NCBI GenBank assembly: GCA_019244185.1
Contig: JAFATB010000014.1
Coordinates: forward strand, 672,001 to 736,000
Direction: 5' to 3'
Length of the DNA stretch: 64,000 nucleotides
Source of the DNA: Acidobacteriota bacterium
GTDB taxonomy: Bacteria; Acidobacteriota; Thermoanaerobaculia; Gp7-AA8
Made by a program: the position numbers and the translations under genes. The notes under the pieces were generated by a model. That model did no database searches. It saw only the letters and a list, made by a program, of their open reading frames with translations, and was not told the origin of the DNA. This document shows, one piece after another, positions 18,374-28,338 of the stretch. How positions within the stretch are numbered: the first letter of the stretch is position 1; every line of letters starts with the position of its first letter.

Positions 18374-20812
18374 ATGGTCGTGCTGCTCCTCGCGGGCTTC
18401 GCAGTGCGCGCACCGGCCGCGACCGTCGAAGAGACGCTCGCGCGGGCGCAGGCCGCGGTGAATGCGGGCGACACGGACGCGGCGCTGGCGACGTATCGCG
18501 CGCTCCTGCCGTCGCTGCCGCGGAACGCGCGGCAGCGGGCGGAGGTGCTCGATGAGCTCTCCGCGATCGAGACCGACGCGGGTGACTACGACGCCGCGGT
18601 GCGCGATGCGAAAGCGGCCGCCGACGTGTACGCGGCGCTGGGGGACGGACGCGGCCGCGCGTCATCGCTGAATCAGGCCGGGCTCGCGCAGATGTATGCG
18701 GGAAGTTACGCGATCGCGCGCGAGACGCTCGGTCGCGCGCTGCGCATTGCCACGCTCGCGGGCGATGCGGAAGGCCGCGTCGAGGAACTGATGAACCTCG
18801 CCAGCGTCGACTTCTACGTCGGCCGGTACACCGACGCCGCGGCCTCGTACGACCTCGCCGCGCGGATCCTCGACGAGCAGCGCGCCGCGCCGTGGACCGC
18901 GCGCCGCCGCCGCATCCTGCTCGCGAACCGCGCGACGCTCGATCAGCGCCTCGGCCGCTATGACGAAGCGCTCGCGCAGTACCGCCTCGCGCTGGCGGAC
19001 ACCGCGAACCTGCGCCCCGCGGAGCACGCGCAGATGCTGGTGAACCTCGGCGTCGTCTATCGCCGTCTCGGCGATCCTTACAAGGCGCTCGCGGCGTACG
19101 ACGAGGCGCTGCCGCTGTTCGCGCGCGACGAGCAGCTCGATGCGGAGCTGGGCGTGCTGAAGAATCGCGGCATCGTCCTCGCGCTCGACCTCGGCCGTCT
19201 CGTCGAGGCGCGGGCGACGTTCGCCGATGCCTTCGCGCGCGCGACGGCCTCGGGGAACGCGCGCGAAGCATTGCAGGCGCGGCTCTACGGCGCGGAAACC
19301 GAACTGCGTCTCCGCAATCTCACGGCGGCCGCGCGCGAGTTCCGCGCCGCGCTCGACGAAGCGCGGCGGCTGGAGACGGTCGAGGAACAGTGGAAGGCGC
19401 TGTACGGCCTCGCGCGGTGCGAGCTCGCGCTGCGCGACGTCGATGCGGCCGAACAGCATCTGCGTGCCGCGCTCGACGTCATCGAAACGATTCGCGAGGG
19501 CATCCGCGTTCCGTCGCTCAAGTCGGACTTTTTCAACGACAAGCGCGAGGTCTTCGACGCGTTCATCGCGCTGCGTCTGCAACGGAAGGCCGGCGCGCGC
19601 GAGTTGTTCGAGCTGATCGAGCGCGGGCGCTCGCGCGGCTGGCGCGATCGCCTCCGCCTTCCCGCGCACGTGGAGCTCGCGGCCGTGCAGCGCGCGCTGC
19701 CGGACGACGCGCTGCTCCTCGACTTCTGGACGTCGTCGTCAGGCTCCGCCGTCATCGCGATCGGCAGAACGAGCGCCGCGGTTCGCGCGATCTCCGTCGA
19801 CACCGCCGCGGTCCGCGCGCTCGCCGATGCCTTGCCGCGCGGCGCGGCGTCCGCGTGGCGTGCGCCCGCGTCGACGATCGCGCGCGGACTGCTCCCGCCG
19901 CTGCCGGCCGCGGCGACGCATCTCGCAATCGTCACCGATGGCGCGCTCGCGTCGATTCCGTTCGAGCTCCTGCCGGAAGGTGAGCGCCTCCTGATCGAGC
20001 GCCACGACGTCACGTATCTGCCGACCGCCGCGCTGCTGCTCCGCGGCGCGACGCGCATTCGTCGTTTCGCCGCGCCGTGGTCGGTGCAGTTTCGCGGTTT
20101 CGCCGACCCGCTCTTCCGCTCGGCCGCGCTCGACGATCCGCGCGATGTGCGCGCGCGCCTGGCCGGCTCCGCGCGCGAGGTGCGCGACGTCGCGTCGGAG
20201 CTCGGCGGCGCCTCGCGCCTCTACCTCGGCGCGAACGATCGGAAGGCGTATCTCGACGAGCAGGACGCGCCGCCGCTCCTGCACATCGCCAGTCACGCCT
20301 TCGTCGATTCCGGCGCGATCGAGCAGTCGCGCATCCTCTTCTCACCGGCGAACGCCGCCGGTGCCGCCGATTACCTCTTCCTCAAGGAAGCGTACGACCT
20401 GCCGTTCGCGCAACTGGAGCTCGCGGTGCTCAGCGCCTGCGACACCGAGCGCGGTCGGGTGTTGGCAGGGGAGGGGATCGAGAGTTTCAGCCGTGCGTTC
20501 CTCGCGGCGGGCGCGAAGAGCACGGTCACGACGCTGTGGCGCGTTCCGGACGAGAGCACGGCCGCGTTCATGCGCGTCTTCTATCACCACCTGCAGCTCG
20601 GTGCGACGCGTGCGGAGGCGCTGCGCCGTGCGAAGTTGCGTTTCGCGCACAGCAACACCGCGCTCGCCGACCCGCACTATTGGGCCGCGTTCGTGCTGAC
20701 GGGCGACGGCTTGCGTCCGGTGTCGACCGCGCTGCGCTGGCGGACGCTCGCGATCGCGCTGCTGCTGGTTGCCGCGGCGGCCGTCGCCGCGTGGATCGCG
20801 CGGCGCGGGTGA
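18374..20812 (+). CDS. TPR + CHAT (caspase HetF-associated) protease, signal peptide and C-terminal TM
   Basis: TPR-like repeats; LHIASHA (His), VLSACDT (Cys), TLWRVPD, HYWAAFVLTG; hydrophobic tail followed by RRG. Confidence 0.9.
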   Translation: MVVLLLAGFAVRAPAATVEETLARAQAAVNAGDTDAALATYRALLPSLPRNARQRAEVLDELSAIETDAGDYDAAVRDAKAAADVYAALGDGRGRASSLNQAGLAQMYAGSYAIARETLGRALRIATLAGDAEGRVEELMNLASVDFYVGRYTDAAASYDLAARILDEQRAAPWTARRRRILLANRATLDQRLGRYDEALAQYRLALADTANLRPAEHAQMLVNLGVVYRRLGDPYKALAAYDEALPLFARDEQLDAELGVLKNRGIVLALDLGRLVEARATFADAFARATASGNAREALQARLYGAETELRLRNLTAAAREFRAALDEARRLETVEEQWKALYGLARCELALRDVDAAEQHLRAALDVIETIREGIRVPSLKSDFFNDKREVFDAFIALRLQRKAGARELFELIERGRSRGWRDRLRLPAHVELAAVQRALPDDALLLDFWTSSSGSAVIAIGRTSAAVRAISVDTAAVRALADALPRGAASAWRAPASTIARGLLPPLPAAATHLAIVTDGALASIPFELLPEGERLLIERHDVTYLPTAALLLRGATRIRRFAAPWSVQFRGFADPLFRSAALDDPRDVRARLAGSAREVRDVASELGGASRLYLGANDRKAYLDEQDAPPLLHIASHAFVDSGAIEQSRILFSPANAAGAADYLFLKEAYDLPFAQLELAVLSACDTERGRVLAGEGIESFSRAFLAAGAKSTVTTLWRVPDESTAAFMRVFYHHLQLGATRAEALRRAKLRFAHSNTALADPHYWAAFVLTGDGLRPVSTALRWRTLAIALLLVAAAAVAAWIARRG

Positions 20813-20939
20813 CGTAGCGGTGGTCCCGCATCGGAGTGTCGTCGCTCGGCCGCGTGCGCCGGTCAGTAGTGGCTTGTCGCGCGCGTCGTGAGTGGCCCTC
20901 GCGGCGCGCGAGCCACGCGGCATCATCGCGGGCGATCGT

Positions 20940-22196
20940 ATGGACATCGTTCGCGTCGACGTTGCGCAGCGCAAACGGCAGAAGATTGCGCTGCAGGTTG
21001 CCTTCGTCTGCATTGCCGTCTCCGTCGCGGCGGTGGCGTGGTCGCGATTGCGGCCGGCGTCGCCGAAACTCAGCCGCTCGCAGGCGTGGATCGACACCGT
21101 GCGCCGCGGGCCGCTCGCCATTCAGGTGCATGCCTCCGGCGTTCTCGCGCCGGAAGACGTGCAGTGGATCGCGGCGGCGACGGACGGCCGCGTCGAGCGC
21201 GTGCTCGTGCTCGCGGGCACGGTGGTGCAGCCGGAGACCGTGCTCGTCGAGATCCAGAATCCCGAGCTGCAGCAGGCCGCGACCGACGCGCAGTTGCAGT
21301 TGCGCGCCGCGGAAGCGGAACTGCAGAACCGCAGGAGCCAGGTGCAGAGTGCGCTCCTCGCGCAGCAGGCTGCCGCGGCGGCGGCGCGGGCCGACCACGA
21401 AGAGTCGCGTCTGCGCGCGGCGGCGGACGAGGACCTCGCGAAAGCGGGATTGATCTCGCCGCTGACGCTGCAGTTCTCGCGCGGGCGTGAAAAGCAGCTC
21501 GCCGTGCGCGCCGACGTGGAGGATCAGCGGTTGCGTCTCGCGCGCGCGAATGCCGGCGCCGACGTCGCGGCCGCCGTCGCGCGCGTCGACCAGATCCGCG
21601 CGCTGGTCGCGCTCAAGCGCCAGCAGTGCGATGCGCTTCGTGTTCGCGCGGGCCGCGCGGGCGTCGTGCAGGAAGTGCCGCTCGAAGCGGGACAGCGCGT
21701 CGCCGCGGGCGCGGTGCTCGCGCGCGTCGCCGCGCCCGAGCCGCTGAAAGCCGTCATTCAGGTTTCGGAAGTGCAGGCGTCGCAGATTGCGACGGGGCAG
21801 CAGGCGGAGATCGACACGCACAACGGCATCGTCACGGGCCGCGTCGTGCGCATCGATCCGGCGGTGCGCAACGGCAGCGTCACGATCGACGTCGCGCTGC
21901 CGCAATCGTTGCCGCCCGGCGCTCGTCCCGATCTGTCCGTCGACGCGACGATCGACGTCGCGCGCATCGCCGATGCGATCTATGTCGGACGGCCCGTGCA
22001 GGCCGCGCCGAACAGCAGCGTGGCGCTGTTCAAGTTGCTCCCCGACGGCGTGACCGCCGTCCGCACGAACGTCCGCGTCGGCCGCGCGTCGTTCAACGCG
22101 ATCGAGATCACGGGAGGCCTCGCGCCCGGCGACCGCGTGGTGCTTTCGGACACGAGTGCCTTCGACCGCTTCGACCGCCTCACCATCGCCGATTAA
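20940..22196 (+). CDS. Efflux periplasmic adaptor (HlyD/MacA-like)
   Basis: N-terminal TM, GRVERVLV..G lipoyl half-motifs, coiled coil, GRVVRIDPAV and GLAPGDRVVLSD. Confidence 0.9.
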   Translation: MDIVRVDVAQRKRQKIALQVAFVCIAVSVAAVAWSRLRPASPKLSRSQAWIDTVRRGPLAIQVHASGVLAPEDVQWIAAATDGRVERVLVLAGTVVQPETVLVEIQNPELQQAATDAQLQLRAAEAELQNRRSQVQSALLAQQAAAAAARADHEESRLRAAADEDLAKAGLISPLTLQFSRGREKQLAVRADVEDQRLRLARANAGADVAAAVARVDQIRALVALKRQQCDALRVRAGRAGVVQEVPLEAGQRVAAGAVLARVAAPEPLKAVIQVSEVQASQIATGQQAEIDTHNGIVTGRVVRIDPAVRNGSVTIDVALPQSLPPGARPDLSVDATIDVARIADAIYVGRPVQAAPNSSVALFKLLPDGVTAVRTNVRVGRASFNAIEITGGLAPGDRVVLSDTSAFDRFDRLTIAD

Positions 22197-22205
22197 GGAG
22201 ACCGC

Positions 22206-22906
<701 letters not shown>

Positions 22907-22910
<4 letters not shown>

Positions 22911-25309
22911 AAGCGCTCCTTCTTCACGAGCTCCGCAGCGTGCTCGCCGCGTTCCGCCGGAGGCCGCTGGTGCCGTTCATCGCGACGTCGATGCTCGCCC
23001 TCGGCTTCGCCGCGAATGTCGCGGTGTTCACCGTCATCAGCCGCACGCTGCTCCGGCCGCTGCCGTATGCGCGCGCCGAACGCATCGTGGTGCCGACGCT
23101 GACGTTCATCGGTCCCGGCCAGGCGGAAGATCCGGGGCCGGCCGGAAGCGTCGAGCTCGTGCAGTGGAAGTTGCGCAGCCGCGTGTTCACGGCCATCGAA
23201 GGCGTGCGCGACGTGTACATGACGCTGCGCGACCGCGGCGAACCCCAGGGCATCGCGGGGTCGACCGTGACCGGCGGCATCTTTCGCCTCTTCGGCGTAC
23301 GGCCGATCGTCGGCCGCGACTTCGCGCCGGAGGATGACGTGCCGAACGCGCGCGTCGTGATCCTCAGTCACGGCTGCTGGCAGCGACGGTTCGGAGGCGA
23401 CGCGAACGCGATCGGCCGCACGATCTTTCTCGACGGCAAACCGATGGAGATCATCGGCGTCATGCCGCGCGGGTTCGAGATCGCCACCGTCGACCGGCAG
23501 CCGGAGATCTTCGTACCGGCGGGCTTCAGTCTGGCGAACATGCCGACGCCGACCTCGCGCGGCTATCACGTCTTCGGCCGTCTTCGCGACGGGGCGACGC
23601 TGCAGCAGGGTCGCGGCGAGCTTCGCCGCATCACAGCGGATCTCGGCCGCGAGTATCCGGCGACCGAGCAGCGGCTGAGCGCCGACGTGCAGGACCTGCG
23701 CGAGGCCGGATTCGGCAAGCAGCGGCACGCGCTTCTCGTGCTGTGGCTGATGGTCGCGGTCGTGTACGTGCTGGCGTGCGTCAACGTCGCGAGCCTCCTC
23801 TCCGCGCAGATCGCCGACGAGCGCGGCATCACCGCGTTGCGCCTCGTGTTCGGCGCGGGACGATGGGAGATCGTCCGCTATCGACTGCTGCAAACGCTGA
23901 TCACCACGCTCGCGGGCGCGGTCGCGGGGTATGCGCTTGGCCGGCTCGTGCTGCGGGTCGTGCTCGCGAACGTCGCCGATCCGAAGCTCACCAATCCGGT
24001 CGAGCATGTCTGGGTCATGCCGCTCTTCCTCCTCGCGGTTTCGCTCGTCACCGGCATCGCGGTCGGTCTCGTTCCGGCGCTGCGCGAGACGCGCACGCGT
24101 CTCACGAGCGCGCTGAGCGAACAGAGCACGCGCATGTCGTCGAGCGTCCGCGCGACGCGGCTGCGCGAAGCGTTCATCGTCACGGAGGTCGCGCTCGCGG
24201 TGCCGCTGCTCCTCGCCACCGCGGCCACGATCCATCAGTTCCGGGCGCTGCAGCAGACGCCCCTCGGGTTCGACACGCGGAACGTGCTCATCTCGCAGAT
24301 CGTCGTCTCGCCGAAATACGACAAGGTCGCACGCGCGCGTTTCGCGCGCGAGCTGATCCGGCGGATCGAGGCGATGCCCGGCGTCGAGACGGCATCGACC
24401 ACGACCTGCTTTTTCACTCCCGGCAACACGATGACGACGTCGGTGGGAAGCGATCGCCTGCCGGAGCCGATGTCGGTGAACCTGCGCCGCATCACGCCGC
24501 ACTACTTCCGCGCGATGCGCATGCCGCTCGTCGCCGGACGCGCGTTCACGGACGGCGACGGCGTCGACGCACCGCCGGTGGTCATCATCAGCGCGTCGCT
24601 GGCGAAGCGCCTGTACCCGAACGAGAACGCGTTGGGCAAGCGCGTCCTGCGCGCGCCGCCCGCGGCGCCGGCGACGATCGTCGGCATCGCGCCGGACGTG
24701 TACGACGAAGGGGCGAGCGTCGAACTGCAGCCGACGTACTACTCGCCGTACCTGCAGACGAACAACATCTACATCACGATCGTCGTGAAGACGAAGGTCG
24801 ATCCGCTGACGCTGCGCGAGCCGGTCCGGCGCGCGGTCTGGTCGCTCGACCGCGACGTGACGCCGTCGAACGAGGCCGCGCTCGCGGATCTGATGCACGA
24901 CGCGATCGGCAATGAGCGGCTGCAGATGCAGATGCTCACCGGCTTCGGGCTCGTGGCTCTGCTCCTCGCGACGGTCGGGATCTACGGCATGACGTCGTAT
25001 GCGGTCGCGAGCCGCACGCGCGAGATCGGCGTGCGCCTCGCGTTCGGCGCGACGCCGCGGGACGTCATCCGCGAAATCGTCGGCCGCGCCGTGCGCTCGG
25101 TGTCGATCGGCCTCCTCGCGGGAGCGCTGCTGTCGTTGGTCGTGCAACGTGTCGCGTCGGCGCTGATCTACGCGGGCGCGAAGCTCGAATGGCAGTCAGT
25201 CGTGGCGATCGGCGCGGTTCTCTTCGCCGCGGCGCTCGTCGCCGCCGCCGTTCCGTCGATGCGCACGCGCGCGGTGCAGCCGGTGTGGCTACTGCGGGAA
25301 GGCAACTGA
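22907..25309 (+). CDS. ADOP-type duplicated MacB/FtsX ABC permease
   Basis: Two MacB_PCD/FtsX halves; LLRPLPY, GRDFAPEDD and GIYGMTSYAVASRTREIGVRLAFGA. Confidence 0.9.
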
Positions 25310-26200
25310 GCCGGCCGGTGCGAGCCGGCTGCTTCTGCGGAACTCCGCGGGCGTCATGCCGGTCTCGCGGCGGAAGACGCTGGTGAAGTGGCTCTGATCG
25401 TAAAAGCCCAGCGCGAGCGAGATGTCGGCGATCGGCTCGGAGGAGGCGAGGCGCCGCCTGGCCTCCTCGATGCGTCGCGCGCGCAACCACTGCACCGGCG
25501 AGCAGCCGGCATGCGCGCGGAACAGCTTGCGCAGATACGGCGCGTGCACTCCGGTGAGCGCGGCGAGCTCCGACATCGCGGGCGGCGTGGCGAGGTTGGC
25601 GCTGAGGAACTCGCACGCCATGCGGAACGCGCGCGCGTCGTGGGACGCGACGTGCGTGCGGCGTGAGGCGGTGGCGACGATCTCCAGCGCGAGACCCTCG
25701 AGCGCGAAACGCGACACGCGGTCGGCCGTGCGCAGCTCGCTCATGATGCCCGCGATGAGCGGCGTGAGCAGCGGCGTCGACTTCGCCCCGTCGAAAAGGG
25801 AGGACTCACTCGTCACCATCTCCAGCGCGGAGTCGTGCACGTCGATCGTGAGACAGACCGTCTCCGCGGCATAACGATCGGTGTGGCTGATGTCCGGCGG
25901 CTTGATGAGGAGCGTGCGGCCCGTGCACTCGAACGCTTTGTTCGTGAACGTCTCGGTGTAGGCGCCGCGAAGAACGGTGGACATCTTCGCGCGCTGATGA
26001 CGATGGGCCGGGAGGGCCACGCCGCCGAAATACTCCGTGACGCGGAACTCGAAGGCGCCCGCCGCGGCGACGAAGATGTCATGGCCTTGCGTGGATCCGA
26101 CGAGGGGAGCGACCACGTCAGCAGGGTACCACGCGGCCCTGCGCGGTTTGTTTCTTCCCACGAATCGCCCTGTTTTCCAAGAACGGGCGCGCTCCTGCAC
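25289..26200 (-). CDS. AraC-family transcriptional regulator (true start may be GTG 26116)
   Basis: Cupin HRH motif; C-terminal IADISLALGFYDQSHFTSVFRRETGMTPAEFR. Confidence 0.9.
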   Translation of the reverse strand: MQERARSWKTGRFVGRNKPRRAAWYPADVVAPLVGSTQGHDIFVAAAGAFEFRVTEYFGGVALPAHRHQRAKMSTVLRGAYTETFTNKAFECTGRTLLIKPPDISHTDRYAAETVCLTIDVHDSALEMVTSESSLFDGAKSTPLLTPLIAGIMSELRTADRVSRFALEGLALEIVATASRRTHVASHDARAFRMACEFLSANLATPPAMSELAALTGVHAPYLRKLFRAHAGCSPVQWLRARRIEEARRRLASSEPIADISLALGFYDQSHFTSVFRRETGMTPAEFRRSSRLAPAGSVAFPQ

Positions 26201-26214
26201 GCGACACTGCGTGC

Positions 26215-27384
26215 ATGCGGCGTGGCGCTCTCCTGTCGAGCATCGCGGCGTTGCGGTGGAGCGGAAACGTACGCACCACGCTCTACCGCGAGCTGCGCTG
26301 TCTGATCACCGGCGGTCATCTGCGCGCCGGCTCGCGCCTTCCGTCCACGCGCATGCTGGCCCGCGACCTCGGCATCTCGCGCAATTCCGTGCTCGCCGCC
26401 TTCGAGCGCCTGACCGCGGAGGGCCTCATCGTGTCGCGGCACGGAAGCGGTTCGTTCGTGAGCCGCTTCGCCGCCGGAAAGAAACCGCATCGCGCCGCGA
26501 TCGAACACGATCCGCACCTGCGCGTCGCGCGCCGCAGAGAGACGTCCGAGCCGCGCGACGTCCGTCCGGCAGCCGAGCACTTCCCGCTCGACGCGTGGCA
26601 GCGATGCATGCGAGCCGTCGCCAACAGCCTCGTCGCCGGCGATCTGCACCACGACGTCGCGCCGGCGCTGCAATGCGCGATCGCCGAGCATCTCGCCGCG
26701 ACGCGCGGCGTGCGCTGCGATGCGCGACAGGTCGCGGTCTTCAACACGAAGCGCGAGGCGATCGAATTCGCGATGCGCGTCGCGACTGATCGCGGCGACG
26801 CGGTCGCGTCGACCGATCCCGACGACCTCGTCGAACTCGCGACCGTCCTCGGCGTGCGTGTCGTCGATCGCGACGCGACGCCTCAGCTGATGCATTGCAC
26901 CTCGTTCGCGGAGTCGAGGCGCGACGTCCTCGCGATCGCGTCGCGCGCACACGCGTGGGTGCTCGAGGACGATGCGTACGGTCATTTCGCCACCGACCCG
27001 ACGCTGTACTCCGGCGACCGGCACGGCCGCGTGCTTTACCTCGGCACGTTCGCCGACGTCCTGCATCCCGTCGAGATCGCGTTCCTCGTGCTGCCGGAGC
27101 GCCTCGCGACGAGCGTGCGTAGCGGCGTATCCGTCTTCGACCAGCACGTGCTCGCGGCGTTCATCGCCGGCGGATATCTCGCCGCCCACATGCGCCGCCT
27201 TCGCGCGATGATCGCCGCGCGCCGGGAAGCCTTGCTGCGCGATCTATGTGCGACCGGCTGCGAGATCATCGTGCGGCCCCTCCACATCGAATTGCGCGGT
27301 GACCGCGACACGACGCGCATCCCTCTCGCCGATCTCTTCCCGCCGAACGCGGACGCGATCACCGGCAGCCGGCGCATCGCGTGA
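26215..27384 (+). CDS. GntR/MocR-family regulator with degenerate aminotransferase-like domain
   Basis: GSRLPSTRMLARDLGISRNSVLAAFERLTAEG wHTH; WVLEDD and VLYLGTF remnants of the AAT domain. Confidence 0.8.
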   Translation: MRRGALLSSIAALRWSGNVRTTLYRELRCLITGGHLRAGSRLPSTRMLARDLGISRNSVLAAFERLTAEGLIVSRHGSGSFVSRFAAGKKPHRAAIEHDPHLRVARRRETSEPRDVRPAAEHFPLDAWQRCMRAVANSLVAGDLHHDVAPALQCAIAEHLAATRGVRCDARQVAVFNTKREAIEFAMRVATDRGDAVASTDPDDLVELATVLGVRVVDRDATPQLMHCTSFAESRRDVLAIASRAHAWVLEDDAYGHFATDPTLYSGDRHGRVLYLGTFADVLHPVEIAFLVLPERLATSVRSGVSVFDQHVLAAFIAGGYLAAHMRRLRAMIAARREALLRDLCATGCEIIVRPLHIELRGDRDTTRIPLADLFPPNADAITGSRRIA

Positions 27385-27415
27385 GCGTGATCATCCGTGT
27401 GGCCGGTGGATCGCG

Positions 27416-28159
27416 TCACCGCGCCCATTGGCTGGTACTGCGGAAGCGGCCGTGTTCTTTCGCGAAGACGAGATAGCGGTGAGCGAGTGCGTTGTCGTAC
27501 GGTCGATTGCGTCCGTCGACGACGTCGTAGACGACGTAGGTCCGCGCCTTCATGAAGGTCACGACGTCATGGAAGTCGGGGAATCCTGGCCGGAAGTGGA
27601 AGAAGGATGTCTCGATGATCACGATTTCACACGATGCGAGCAGCTCGCGCGCGCCTTCCAGTACATCGAGCTCGGCACCTTGTGCGTTGATTTTCAGCAG
27701 CACGTCTCCCCGTATGTCGAGCTCGCGCGCGACATCGTCGAGGCGGACGACGGGAACCTGGCGGATTTCGCCCTGCACCTCACCCGCGAGAAATGAGCTG
27801 CCGCCCGGATCTTCATCGACGTAGAGAGGGAACGTGCCTGCAATTCTGCCGGCGCCCGCGATGACGCACGCGCCGCCGCGTCGTCCGGTCCGCTCACGTA
27901 GTGCCTGCTCGTGTTCCCTCAACGGCTCGATGCACAGCAGCCGGCTACGATCGAAGACGTCGAGCGCGGGCGTGCCCTGCGCCGCGCCGACATCGACCAC
28001 CCACGATGGCGCGTAGCCCAGCCTCGCGAGATGCGAGAGCGCGTCGTGCATCGATTGGCGAACCGGCGTGACGGCGTCCGGGTCGAGGCGCGGAATCCGT
28101 CGGACTTCGACCCCGAGCAGGGCGAGCCCGCGTCGTACCCAGGACTTGATCGTTCTCAT
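27416..28159 (-). CDS. FkbM-family methyltransferase
   Basis: VVDVGAAQG, IEP, VPVVRLDD and LLKINAQGAELDVLEGA. Confidence 0.85.
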   Translation of the reverse strand: MRTIKSWVRRGLALLGVEVRRIPRLDPDAVTPVRQSMHDALSHLARLGYAPSWVVDVGAAQGTPALDVFDRSRLLCIEPLREHEQALRERTGRRGGACVIAGAGRIAGTFPLYVDEDPGGSSFLAGEVQGEIRQVPVVRLDDVARELDIRGDVLLKINAQGAELDVLEGARELLASCEIVIIETSFFHFRPGFPDFHDVVTFMKARTYVVYDVVDGRNRPYDNALAHRYLVFAKEHGRFRSTSQWAR

Positions 28160-28293
28160 CGTTTCCGTGACTCGCGCGAGCCGAGTTCGTTTGCGAGAGG
28201 GCTGGAACGCTCGATGTTAACGTACGTCTCCCTTCGCGAGACGCCGCTCTGCGATGGCGGCTGCGCGGCGCCGCTTCACGTGCAATCCACGGA

Positions 28294-28337
28294 CGCAAGG
28301 ATGCGGGGCCCGTGTCCGCGGGCCCCGCATCCTTGCG
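28294..28337 (-). terminator. Perfect 19-bp hairpin directly after the SBBP gene stop
   Basis: cgcaaggatgcggggcccg - tgtccg - cgggccccgcatccttgcg; no clear U tract. Confidence 0.6.
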
Positions 28338-28338
28338 C

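Noticed and set aside
17691-19271. N-terminally extended ORF-track versions (526-aa sigma, 488-aa anti-sigma, 1227-aa permease) read as fusion proteins
   Set aside because: The extensions overlap neighbouring real genes and lack motifs; internal ATGs with ATGA coupling give normal lengths.
27680-27700. FkbM KID->KIN substitution as a sign of inactivation
   Set aside because: A single conservative change in an otherwise intact ORF; not enough to claim loss of function.
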